Positions 53,119 to 64,000 of a stretch of 64,000 nucleotides of DNA are shown one piece after another. Origin of the DNA: Amphiscolops sp. MND2022 (Eukaryota). The stretch lies in contig OZ076409.1 of NCBI GenBank assembly GCA_964187785.1, positions 37,078,001 to 37,142,000 of the forward strand. Direction: 5' to 3'. Numbering within the stretch: position 1 is the stretch's first letter; every line of letters starts with the position of its first letter. The notes beneath the pieces are model-generated. The model had not been told where the DNA came from and did no database searches. It saw nothing but the letters and a program-made list of their open reading frames with translations. The position numbers and the translations under genes are program-made.

Positions 53119-53979
53119 TTTAGCGGTCCAGTAGTTTAGTACTTATTTAGTAGTTGAACGTTAATTTTAACGTTCGTCGCTTCGAGTCTGTCTGAAATAA
53201 AAAAAAACGAGTGACTGTAATAGTCGGGCTCTTTTCTTAAGAAAAGCGTCGACTAAAAACAAAATTCGAAAGATCCAGTGTTTGTTTTCACATCGTTTTT
53301 GACGTCAGTACAACAACAGGAAGTTTACGTTTGACTGCATAAACGGCCTCCAATTATGTAATCAGAGAACTAGTCGTCTTATCATCTTTGTTATCTGTAA
53401 TACATGATTAGTTTTTGGCACAATTAACTGGCCACACTGTATATGCCTTTTGGACAAACTTTCACTGACATTTCACTCCGGCTCTTTGAACGATTTTGAA
53501 CAGACATACACTATGGTGTCGGATGTAACGTCAATTTTGCTAGGAAGTGCGCTAATGTTAAACTGCTGATGATTTTTCTAAATTTAAAAAAGTATCTAAC
53601 AGAATTTTATTTGGTCCTAATAAGAAAGAGTTTGGAAATCGAGTTTGATCTACAACCTTGATTCTTCATGTTTGCCACTCTTCTTGAAATTTCCATTCGT
53701 TCATCCGTGTGCGACTTGAACCGATGGCCAGTGCTGCTTCCAGCTAAGCTGGATCCAGCACGCTGCCGGATGTTGTCCAGCAATTATGATCTGGAAATCC
53801 AGCTTGCTGGAAATGAGTGCGTAAATATATTTAATTAAATACTCGAAAATTACACATTATCAGTCAAGGTTTGCAGCATTTCAGGAAGAGATAGCTGATA
53901 TTCGCGACGAATTGATCCTTGCACAAGTTGCACAATCCGCCAAGCGAGTGCACGAAACTTTGAAAATTACTAATCTTAA

Positions 53980-54231
53980 GTGACCGGTGAGCGAAGACTT
54001 GAAAGAGCGTTCTCACGTCATAAAAGAGTTCATAATCGCCTACGTGCAAATCTTTCATCGGAGAGCCTCAATAATCAACTATTTTTGAAATACAACTTTG
54101 CTCCAGACTTGAAAATTGCCTGCGAGCCTGGAAATATCAATTTGGAAGAAGAAAAAACAAGTTCATGTTATAACATTGAATATGATTCCGATTCATCTGT
54201 TATTGATTTGGACAATGGTAATGATAATTAA
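53980..54231 (+). pseudogene. hAT transposase C-terminal dimerisation domain fragment
   Basis: ERxFS...R+RxxL motif followed by an acidic tail. Confidence 0.8.
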
Positions 54232-54429
54232 ACGTTGCGAAACATCGAAGAAAATGCACGACTCTTACAGTGGCTAGTTTTTTTTCGTCAGTTCAACGCG
54301 ATCGGTCCACTTTTTTGTTCATTTGTTCAACACCGTCAACTTGTACCACGGACCTCCAAAACATACCCGAAACGCCAGAACCTCGTGCAAAACAAAAACA
54401 TCGACGTACAGAACCTCGAAAACATAGGA

Positions 54430-54765
54430 TACCCCTTTGGTGTTACACTGATATTTTTCGGTACAATGCAACTTTGTTTTGATTCCACCAAAGGGTCTCC
54501 CCTTCGTTTGTTTCGATAATTTGCAACACAATGGATCTCAAAAAATCCCAAAGGGTCCCTTTTTTAAACATTTTTCGGCACTGTGACACTTCAAAAATCT
54601 CATTAAAACGATTGTTCCGAATTTTTTTAAAATCTCCCAAAGGTCCCCTTTTAATTTTTTTCATATTTTGCAACCAACTGGAGTTTCACAAAGCCCAAAA
54701 GGTCCCCCTTTTACGATTTTGAGCCTTAGATATAGCGCCTAATTTGGCCGTTCCCGGAGTTTTTT
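54430..54765 (-). mobile_element. HINE-like repeat nested in the hAT element
   Basis: Several caaagggtcccct subrepeats and the terminal gagccttagatatagcgcc motif. Confidence 0.7.
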
Positions 54766-54842
54766 GTTGCTGGATCCAGCTAATTTAGCAGCCCTGTCGA
54801 TGGCTCTTAGCACCAGCTCATCTCTCTTTTTTTGCATACATA

Positions 54843-55047
54843 TGTTATGGACTCGCAGAAAAGATAGAATTAAGAAGTTCAAATTAAGAAGAGAGTGTTC
54901 TCATGAACTGAGAGTACAGAGTATCAGTATTTATACGTGTAGCATCGTAGGCAACAACTAAATGATGGGGATGTTCTATATAGTTCATAGGCAGGTACTT
55001 GAATGTTCAATTAAGTCTGTCTAGACTATGTAACTTTCACCTCTACA
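54843..55047 (-). repeat. 3' LTR of minus-strand Gypsy
   Basis: Direct repeat of 60557-60761; PPT at 55048-55060. Confidence 0.97.
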
Positions 55048-55586
55048 TTCCCCTCTCTTCGAGATTGTGGGAACCATTCTTGAGTGTCTCAGGCGTTCTT
55101 GTTTTGGGCCTTCTGTTTGTTGGCTGTGTTTCGGATGAAGTGTATAACCTTCTTCTGGCTTTTTGGCTTCGGATCTAGAATAATTCAAAGGTTGTCAAAA
55201 GTATTCTATGCCACCCATTTTATTAACTCTTTTTGCGTTTTTGATTCTATTGGATCTACGGATCCCCTTTTCCTCCCCTACGATTTTTGGCTTGTTCTCC
55301 TCGACCTCTATATTGAATACTACTACACCTTTATTTACTGAATTTGAGCCTTTTTGTGGTGATGCAGTTGGGGTTTGGTCAGGGTCCTTGTTGGTACGGT
55401 GTTGTGCCAGTTCCGTACTGCAACTGACGGGTGGTAGGATTCCGGTGTTTGGCTTTCCTCCGATTTGGCCGCTGTCTCGTCTGTGTCGTTGGTATTGTAC
55501 TTTATGTCTGCCGTGACGGTGATTTCAGTGTCGGTATTGTCCGTGAGCGGTGGTTCTTCCGCTTGGGATGACTGACTGTCGGAGAT

Positions 55587-56600
55587 TTAGGTGACGTCCG
55601 GGATTTTTTCGGTCTGTTTGGCGGGCATCATTGGGAGTGTTTCCGAGCTGGTCGATTGTTTTTGTAACTCTGATTTTTCCTTTTTGTGGGTGTCGCATAG
55701 TTCTCCGTTGCTGAATCGTCCGCATCTTGTGCACCGTTTGGTCGGTTTTCTGGTCTCCTCGGTTTTCTTCAATGGCTGAAATTTTAAAGGGTTAGATGCC
55801 AGTTTCTTATGAATGGTTTTACCATCAGTAGTTGTTATGGTATGTTTAGTCTCTCTGGCTGCAGTTGAAATTTTATCCCTTTTAAATCTACAATTTAGTG
55901 CATTGGGTTTGTTTTCCTTTTCAAAGAAATGGTAGCTTTTAAAATTGTCGCTTACCGATCGTCCCCTTTTTCTTGACTCATTGAGTATCAAGTAATCGGC
56001 CAGTTCTCCATCTGAGTCGTGAATCGTAAAAACTTGCAATTCGGTAGGCTGGGCTAAAATGTAACTTGTTAATGTTTTCTTCCAATTCGTTAATAGACAA
56101 TTTGGTTGACCAATCAGATTGGTTACCGGCGTGCGTGGTTTTCTCCCGTAGAGTAATTGGAAAGGTGTCATTTTCAGAGTGCTATGTTGTGTTTGGCTAA
56201 TAGTTTTAATTGCCTTATTGACACTTTCTTCAAAGGTTAAATTGTCTTCTAAATTGGCTCTAGTTAGCGATTTAATTGTGCGAATTGTTCTTTCGACCAA
56301 TCCGGTTCCCGTATGTAAATTCGGTGTGCACCGTATTCTTGTAATATTTTCGCCGTTGCAGTAGTCTTTAAATTCTTTGCTTTTAAAGCAACTACCGTTG
56401 TCGGTGCGTATGATTTGTGGCGTTCCGTTATCGGCACAATATTTTATTAAAAATTTTATTACGGTTTGAGAGTCCGTGTTTTTACAAATTCGGGCCGTTG
56501 GCCATTTGCTAAAACGGTCGATCGCGACTAAAATATAGACGTTTCCGCGTGATTTTGATTTTATCGGACCAGCGAAGTCTAGTTGGATTTCTTGTCCAGG
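55587..56600 (-). pseudogene. Gypsy integrase core and C-terminal extension
   Basis: After the in-frame TAA at 56601-56603 the frame continues 'PGQEIQLDFAGP..VAIDRFSKW..IRTDNGSCF..GLVERTIRTIK..TPFQLLYGRKPRTP'. Confidence 0.92.
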
Positions 56601-58439
56601 TTAGGTTAAAATTTCGAGTCTATTTGTCTCCGATTGTGGTATTTGTGTTTTTAAGTTCTTACCTGCGGTTCGGCAGCTGGGGCAATTTTCAGCTTTGTCT
56701 CTGATCTCACGATGGATGCCCGGCCACCAGAAGGCCTCCGCAGACTTGTCCATCTTGTTGATAGATACGTGACCGTTGTGTAGCATAGTGATCTTCGTCG
56801 GTCTCATCGCTTCTGGAATAACTATGCGGTCATTGTAAAAAAGTAATCCGAAGCGGGTTTCGAGGTGTTTGCGATGTGGGCGATATGGATAAAAGATGCC
56901 GTCGCGGTTCCCAGTTTCCAGGGCGATGATAGCGTCTAGTATCTTGGTGTCTTGTGCCGTTTCCTCAACCAGCATTGGCAGATCCATTGCGAATTCTCTT
57001 TCGGCCTTTTTAATCATCTGTGCCGTTTTTTCGTTTCTGTCTTCTGGCAGCGTATTTCGTTTAGCGGTTTGTTTTAGTCGGATTAGATTAACGCTTTCGT
57101 GTTTTTTGAACTTTTTCAAAATATTTGTTGGACACTTCTCCGTTTTCAGGTGACTAATTTGGCTTTCGTGGTCGGAAGACACATTAATCCAGGATTCGTG
57201 GATGTTTTCGTTGAATTCTCTCAGGGGTGTAGTCCCCAGGCTTTCGCAATAATTGAAGAATCGATTGTAGATCATTATGTTGATTCGTTCAATTTCTTTC
57301 CTGTCTTGTTGTGAAGGACGGTATTGTTGTATGCGTTCGTTTTCGCTGCCTTTTCCTACGATTCTGGTACAATTAGGTTGTAGGATTTTGTTTCTTTCGG
57401 AGCGAAGTTTACTTGCTTCTGGGGAATGTCCCCGTTTTTTGAAAATAAATTCGATGTCAGTTCCATTGACTTTGTCCATTTTTGACATTTGCGGTACTTT
57501 ATTCTCAAAGTTGGTACTGTTTGACGGTTTAATGTTGTTTCGCGGTGAGAAAGTTTGAATTGAGTCTCTGTTGTTGGTTTGTTCACGTGTTTGTTTTGTG
57601 CGTTGTGATTGGTCGGATTTTGATGCCGATGACTGTCGTTGGATGTGTTGCGTAATACTGCCGTTCGTGCGATTAAACTCGAATAAGCCGTATATCTGAT
57701 TTATTACGAATTCCTCTTCGGCTTCTTTTTCTTCGTTCTCGCATGATGTTTCCGCTTGGCGTTCAGTGAGTATCGGGTGTCGGCTTAGATAATCCGTTAA
57801 TGGAATATTCTTGCCTGCGGTATATTGCACATTCACATCGAAATGGCTCAGACGGTCTAACCACCGTGTGAGTCTTGCACCATATTGTTTATGGGCTCGA
57901 TTGCGCTTTAATAATGGTTGTAATGCTTGATGGTCGGTCAGGAGGTTTACTTTTTTTCCGTATACGTAATACCTGAAATATTCGAGGCCCCATAAGACGC
58001 CTAATAGTTCCAGTTCGTTTATGGCGTATTTTCTTTCACAATCAGTGAGAAATCTGCTGGCAAAGGCTATTGGCCTGAAGTTTTCCTCCTCTTTTTGCCA
58101 TAGGGTTGCCCCTAATCCGGCATTACATGCGTCAGTTGTTATAAAATTATCTTTTTTTGGATCAAAGTGTGCTAAGCATGGTGCTTCCGTTATTTCCTTT
58201 TTTAATTGTTCGAAATTGTCATTTATTTCTTTTGTACATTCCCATTTTGTGTCTTTTTTCAGCAATCTTCTCATTCTGTCTGTTTTTTTGGATAGATTGT
58301 TCAAAAATTTTGATGAGTATTGTATCGAGCCCAGAAATGATTTTAGTTCCTTGGTGTTTGTGGGTGCTTTCAATTTCGTTATCGCTTCTGTTTTATCTTT
58401 AATTGGTTTTACTCCGTTTTGGTTTATTTCGTATCCCAA
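56601..58439 (-). pseudogene. Gypsy pol: RT thumb/connection, RNase H, long spacer, integrase zinc finger
   Basis: 'ELKSFLG', 'TTDAC..GLGATL', 'YAINELELL', 'TDHQAL', 'DYLSR', 'LHNGH..FWWPGI..CPSC'. Confidence 0.95.
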
Positions 58440-58455
58440 CCTGGTTAGTTCTTTT

Positions 58456-59465
58456 TTAAACAGTTCTGTTTTTTTTCTCGCTCGCTCGGTAACCGTTTTC
58501 TTGTAGTTTCGACAGTATTTCGCGTAATTCTTCTTCGTGTTCTTCTATTGTTCCGTTGGTGACACAAATGATGTCATCTAACCAGACTGGTGTTTTGAAT
58601 TCTAGAACTTTATCAATATGTTCTTGAAACACGGTGGGAATATCCGATAGTCCGTAAAATCCCTTTTTAAATCGGTAAAGTCCGGTAAAATCACCGCCGA
58701 TAATTGAAAACACGCAGTGTCGTGACGCTTCTGGAGATAGTTTTGCCTGTCCATATGCGTAGTCTAGGTCGATTTGGGACATCCATACCTCGCCGTTGTT
58801 TTTTGTGATTTTTGCGAGTTTTTTGTTGATTAGTTCTTCCATGTTTGGCATTGTTGCCTTTCTTTTTATGCAGGATTCGTTTAATTTCGTTGAGTCCAGT
58901 GCAATTTTTACTGATTTATCTTTTTTGATCGTTATGACCGCGGGTGAAACGAAACAATTTTCGGTCGTTTTGTCGGCTTTTTCCAAGTGTCCTTTTTCAA
59001 TTAATTTTTTAAACTCGTTTTTTACAATGTTTTGAAAGTGTATGGGTACCGGTCTCCCCTTTTGTTGAATGGGTTTTGTGTCTTTTTTCAACTGAATGTC
59101 CATTGTCAGGTCTTTCATTGTGTGGTTGTCTTTAAAAAGGTTTTCAAATTCTTTGAAAATTTTCTCACCTTTTTCACTTGCAGTTATGTTCCGGTCAATG
59201 TTTGTTTCCAGATTTCCTTGTAATCCGATTTCCAACTTGTCTAGCCAGTCCAATCCCAGAAGGGGTTGTGTGTTTTTCTTTTCCGTAATTAGGATGGGTA
59301 GTACTGTTTTTATTTTTTCCGTTCTGACTTCTACCATCGCTTCCCCTGGAATTTGATTGGATTTTTGTTTACGTCAACGAAACATTTTGAAGTCGCTTTG
59401 ATTTCTTTTGGATTGATAATTGGCGGGATTATCGTCACTGGAGAGCCTGTGTCAATAATGAATTC
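58456..59465 (-). pseudogene. Gypsy aspartic protease and reverse transcriptase (frameshifted)
   Basis: 'IIDTGSPVTII' (~59460-59430); RT 'IDLDYAYGQ', 'YRFKKGFYGLSDIPTVFQ', 'VWLDDII'. Confidence 0.93.
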
Positions 59466-60540
59466 TATTGGTTGTCCATGGACCAATAAGATTGTTTTGT
59501 AAAAATCCACTCGATTAATACCGTTGACGGACTGAATGTGATCAATTTCTGGCCATGGTTCGGTGTTGCTGCCGACGATACTGCTTCGGTTATCCGGCTG
59601 ACGGTCTTAGATTTGCAGACTTTGGCAAAGTGCCCCATCTTTTTGCAGTTATTGCATTGTGATCTTCGTGCTGGGCAGACGTGTTCCATAGACCAGTTTG
59701 GTTTCCCGCTAAAGCGGCAATTTTTGTTTGAAGTTTTTCTTTTTTCGTTGAAGTGTGTTTTTCGCTTCCGTAATTGATTAGTATGGCCGACTTGTTCGGA
59801 CGATGTTGAGCTGCTTGTGGAGTCTCTTTTGGCTTTTTTGATTTTGAGTTTTTTATCTCCGTATTTTCTGTTGTAGTTGTCTAGTTCTATGGTTTCCAAT
59901 ACCAATTGTATTTTCAGTGGGCCTTTTATGAAATTACCACGGGCTTTCTTGTCCTTTATGGTGGCTGCAAACTTGTATGTAATGATTTCTTCTTGTGTGA
60001 CGTTGTTGAAGTCACATTTCTTTTCAATGTCCACCAGTCTTTTCCAATACTCATCCAAGGTTTCGTTTTCCTCCTGTTTCATATTGAAAATTGTGTCCTG
60101 CTGTGGAATACATTTCTCGCTGGGAGGAAGGTTTTTTTGAATAATGTCAGCAGTTCTGGTAGTCTGACATCTTTTAGCTCTCGGCCCCATTGACCTCTCA
60201 TAATATCATGTTTGGCCTTTGGGCCCAGTGCCCAGATGACGTCGCCTTTTATGTGGTACGCTGTATGTTAGTCCATGTACTCGATCCCCTCTTCAGTGAT
60301 CTCGTCTAGATTTCGGTCGTAAGTCAGATGGATATACTCCGATATTTGTTCCCACCACATCTTGGGATTAATCTTGGTGAGATCGGTATCTCTGTCTGAT
60401 AAGATTGGGATTTTGTACTTACTTTTTTCGGTTCTCTCGGACATTGTTCGGTTGTTTATAGTTCTCGTTGACTGTTCCGATGTCATCGGCTCACCTTCCG
60501 TTGGGTTGGGGTCGGTGTTGTTGATTTCCAGCATGTTCAA
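59465..60540 (-). pseudogene. Gypsy gag (split by a stop and frameshifts)
   Basis: 'MKQEENETLDEY', 'CDF', zinc knuckles 'CRFSG..H.C' and 'CNNCKKMGHFAKVC'. Confidence 0.9.
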
Positions 60541-60542
60541 AT

Positions 60543-60556
60543 TGCTGACTGCGCCA
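60543..60556 (-). promoter_or_regulatory. Primer-binding site, tRNA-Ser type
   Basis: TGGCGCAGTCAGCA immediately 3' of the 5' LTR. Confidence 0.75.
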
Positions 60557-60761
60557 TGTTATGGACTCGCAGAAAAGATAGAATTAAGAAGTTCAAATTA
60601 AGAAGAGAGTGTTCTCATGAACTGAGAGTACAGAGTATCAGTACCTATACGTGTAGCATCGTAGGCAACAACTAAATGATGGGGATGTTCTATATAGTTC
60701 ATAGGCAGGTACTTGAATGTTCAATTAAGTCTGTCTAGACTATGAAACGTTCACCTCTACA
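60557..60761 (-). repeat. 5' LTR of minus-strand Gypsy
   Basis: Direct repeat of 54843-55047. Confidence 0.97.
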
Positions 60762-60899
60762 ACATAATATTGCCAAGATGGCTGACACTACAAACAGACA
60801 ACAATGAAAACATTATAGCAAGGGTATGACCTTCTGAACAAGGAAGAGGTGACAGATTTTAGAGAAATAGAGCTCGACTACTTGAAACATCCACATCAG

Positions 60900-61950
60900 C
60901 ATCACAGGCCTCATCCGAAAGTGAGCAATCAAGGTTACATAAAAAGTGCAAAGCTACCAATGCGGAACTTTGCAATCTTTTGAATCAGGGTGTTTTTTAA
61001 AAGTGCAAGTCAACAATGCCAGACGTTTAAAGACAGACGAAACTTTTCAGAAATTAGGAAACTGTTTGAACTGTCTACGGCTGAGGCACAAGTTAACACC
61101 TAGAAGCTCAACTCAAAGTGTGAAAAGTTTCAAAGACATGATCAAACTATGCTCCGAAGCATTCGTAAAAACAACTGAAGCTGTCCCATTCATCCATTCT
61201 CGTAAGGGTCACCAGGGAACATTTTTCGCTGAAGCTACTACTTCTTCAGTTCAAATCTTTGAAAACGCTGAGTTTTATCATATATATAGTGGATCTAAAG
61301 CAAGCCTAATAAGCGAGAAATTGATACGAAAACATGAACTGTCAGAAACAGAGCATGTATTGAAGGGAATCGCATTTTTTTGTCAAATTTATGCCTATGC
61401 GTTATATCAATTTTGACAATTGTAGATGACAAAGCGGGTTATAACACAGCAATAGTAAGGTCACAATCAACTCAAATTTTCCTCTCAATTATTCCAACTC
61501 AGAGCTCCAGAAATTCCTTCAGGTTATGCGGAAACCCTCTACTTAAACCTTAAAAAGGAGAATCGATTTGATTATCGGTGTCGCTTCATGCCTAAAAAGT
61601 CAATAAAATTGTTAAATTGACATCTGCGACGGACATGGTGTTCAGATGGACAAGTTAAGGTTCTACGTCCGCTTCATAAATTAAACAGCTCAAGTTATTT
61701 CGATCATCTATTGACTTTGATATGAATTGTATTTGAAAATTTCAAAAAGTTCCTAAGTCTCAGCAACTTTTCGAAGAAGAAGAAGAAGAAGAAGAAGAAG
61801 AAGCCAGTGAGCAACATTTCACTGGTACAATGCGCAAAAGAGACAACAGATTTGGCATCCAATTACGTTCAGAGTTAGAAAAAGCAAGCAAGCCATCCAC
61901 AATTCTTGAAGAAAAGAGAGTTAAATGCAAAAAACGTTCTAATAGACCAG
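60900..61950 (+). mobile_element. Highly decayed BEL/Pao-like gag-protease remnant
   Basis: ORF 60946-61416 has 'CLNCL...H' (BEL gag knuckle style) and 'YSGSKASLISEKL' (degenerate DSGS protease). Confidence 0.5.
61773..61802. repeat. (GAA)10 microsatellite
   Basis: Seen directly. Confidence 0.97.
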
Positions 61951-62212
61951 TTGATCTAGATATACCAGTTGGGCACGAGATACCAATGAATCAATTGAAC
62001 ATCTCAGACAGTCAGTAATTCTATATTCCGCCGGATTTCGGATCGTATTCGAATGATGATGTCAACCGTCAACAGGCAAGTGACCAAATGTTGTTCACAA
62101 GACGACTTCTATCCAAGCATGATATCATTCTGATTATGTTCAATTGCACTCTCTGTGGACATAGAGTTTCGTCATGTTGCTCTGGACAGGTCTTCTGTCT
62201 GATGATCAGACG

Positions 62213-62326
62213 AGGACTTCCATTAACATTTTTTCTGTTGCATTTATTCAATACTTCCGAATGAAACGTACGTTTCATTTGGAAGTATTGAATACATCCA
62301 ACAGAAGAAATGTTAATGGAAGTCCT
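62213..62326. repeat. 114-bp loop-less palindrome (4 mismatches)
   Basis: aggacttccattaacatt...atgaaacgt|acgtttcattt...tgttaatggaagtcct. Confidence 0.93.
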
Positions 62327-62331
62327 TGTAG

Positions 62332-62525
62332 TCGACAAGAAGTGAATGCTTCTAATTGTAGGTAATTTCGTGAGTGCTACATCTGGCACGTGAGTGCTAC
62401 CTCTAACACGTGTTACCTATGGCATTGTTTCCTCAGTATTTCCACAGCATGTTTTAAAGAGATTGTGATATTTTGATAAGCACTCACGAAATTACCTACA
62501 ATTAGAAGCATTCACTTTTTGTCGA
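62332..62525. repeat. Inverted repeat, ~47-bp arms with a ~100-bp spacer
   Basis: tcgacaagaagtgaatgcttctaattgtaggtaatttcgtgagtgct ... agcactcacgaaattacctacaattagaagcattcactttttgtcga. Confidence 0.9.
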
Positions 62526-62549
62526 TGACTTGTCGACACCGCATGACAC

Positions 62550-63500
62550 ATTTGAAAGCAAAAACGTTAGAATTTGGATTCCCACTTCGTAAATAGTATC
62601 AAGCGCTGCAGAGTTGATTGAAGAACTACATAGAATCTGCTTTGAAACGTATTTTTTGGCAGTCAGTTTGTTTCCAAAAAGAATTTGTCAGTCCTTGGTA
62701 GAATATTGGATCCGATGAGTTGACCATCTCCAACTATCCACTGTAGCAAAATTGGCTCTTTAATTAACAAAAAATGATGAAGTTCCAGAAGACATTCACA
62801 AACAGATAACCTAAATGTACGACGAACTTTGCTCCAGACGCAGCTGCCATTCCCCAAGGTGCCTACTGCTCTGATCTAGATCACTTCAGTATATGCTCTT
62901 TCGGATGTGTCTTTCGGAAATTGTGAACTCGGAAACCAATGGTTCTTTTCTACAAGATTGTCAGTGGAATTTGTGAGCGTACAATTAAGTAATGTTGACC
63001 ATTAGCCCCTTTAGAAATCACACGTGTGAGATTTTCATGTCATATCCAGGCAGATTCTTTTCGATGTGCTCTCCATAGAACGTGCATTAGTCATTGCCAG
63101 TCGCTGAATCTCTTCTCTTATATCCAGGAAATCATCAAGAGAAAAATTAGAAAAATGTACCAACCCACAACAACCGCACCGACCTAGCATCAAAAGGACG
63201 TTCTGTGTGAAAAATTCGTTCAAGGCAAATTTAGAGCTGAGACATGCCATTCAAGTACCAGCCAAGCAGAAACGACTGCAAAAAGAGACATGCGAACACC
63301 GCATGGGCCAACAACACGTGAAATCGAGAACATGTATGAGTCAGACCACGGTAGTGCGTGAGTACGTCTTGTTTTTTTTGTTAAAAAAGAAGAATCAATG
63401 TACTTTTTACTACCTACAGTGCCAACTACCCGGAGAACGTGTACAGTGTAAATGATCCAAATTAGTGCCCTTTGTAGCCCCCAGCTTTCGGACTGGGAGG
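62550..63500 (-). mobile_element. Possible very decayed BEL/Pao RNase H region
   Basis: Faint minus-strand traces of the HxFxDAS..AY and NPAD..W..P.F patterns ('LTNSTDNLVEKNHWFPSSQF'). Confidence 0.3.
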
Positions 63501-64000
63501 ACGTATGTCAATTTCTGTCGTATTTGATGTTAGTTATTATTGTTATTATTGCTGCGTATTTGTCAATATTATTGTGCATGCTCGAGAAACGTTAACCATT
63601 CGAGAAACGTGACATTCAATGGTGGGGACGTTCACCCATCGGAGGTAAAATGGGCTGGTACCTTAAGACTGTCAGTCCCGGACAATAGGTAATCGTACTA
63701 GCTCCTTCAAATGTCGACGAACAAAGCGAGAATCGCTTGTCGCTACAGAACAGCACTTGAGACAACTTTTTGGCTAGCAAGTTTTAGGGTTTGAAGAACT
63801 GCTGACACTCACACATCATAACTAAGACAATCTCAACTTTTGACGACTACACAATTCTTAATTGGAGATACCTTTATAGCAATATCAAAAACATTTTCGA
63901 ATTTTCTCCAATTGAGAGATTCAAGCTGCCGCAGCATCAAGAAGGGGTTTTAAAAGTCTCACAGTGCTTCAAATTTACTTGAATGGCTCTAAAAGTCAAA

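Larger units (their letters stand above)
51651..53259 (+). mobile_element. HINE-like element interrupted by two nested MITEs
   Basis: 5' aacaagacgggaatgtctcaAGTCGGCGC at 51651; 3' tagtcgggctcttttcttaagaaaagcgtcgactaaaaa at 53221-53259; family sequence resumes on both sides of each insertion. Confidence 0.7.
53729..54796 (+). mobile_element. Internally deleted hAT transposon with transposase C-terminal remnant
   Basis: TIRs cagtgctgc..gctggatccagca / tgctggatccagc..gcagccctg; 8-bp TSD ccgatggc/tcgatggc; ORF 53980-54231 'ERAFSRHKRVHNRLRANLS' matches the hAT dimerisation-domain pattern. Confidence 0.88.
54843..60761 (-). mobile_element. Recent full-length Ty3/Gypsy LTR retrotransposon
   Basis: LTRs 60557-60761 (5') and 54843-55047 (3'), 205 bp, 4 differences; perfect TSD ACATA; PBS tggcgcagtcagca; PPT gaagagaggggaa; domain order gag-PR-RT-RH-IN. 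Confidence 0.98.

Noticed and set aside
56896..60601. Multiple plus-strand ORFs (e.g. 58021-58506)
   Set aside because: Antisense shadows of the Gypsy gag-pol frame.
1..64000. CRISPR array or prokaryotic operon
   Set aside because: No regularly spaced repeat-spacer array and no gene-dense organisation; content is eukaryotic TE-derived.

Overview
AT-rich eukaryotic (probably invertebrate animal) DNA made almost entirely of nested transposable elements. I could not support any host protein-coding gene. Main contents: (1) a recent full-length Ty3/Gypsy LTR retrotransposon on the minus strand (54843-60761; 205-bp LTRs ~98% identical, perfect ACATA TSD, tRNA-Ser PBS) with a few frameshifts/stops, a WLDD RT motif and a long unexplained RNaseH-integrase spacer; (2) an older full-length Gypsy on the plus strand (20491-26903), interrupted by a LINE 3' fragment flanked by a ~255-bp target duplication and by a TA-flanked MITE; (3) a recent LTR element with 741-bp LTRs and a 3.6-kb interior with no recognisable coding capacity (32463-37559); (4) two divergent, decayed CR1/L2-type LINEs (one with an SGNH-esterase-like ORF1) with a tRNA-derived SINE between them; (5) BEL/Pao remnants at both window ends; (6) hAT, CACTA-like (CCC termini, 2-bp TSD) and Tc1-like MITEs, Helentron-like non-autonomous elements (HINEs), SINEs, microsatellites, and three long loop-less palindromes. 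All identities and family calls come from reading by eye, not from alignments or database searches. I found no convincing new biological system; the best leads are in the findings.
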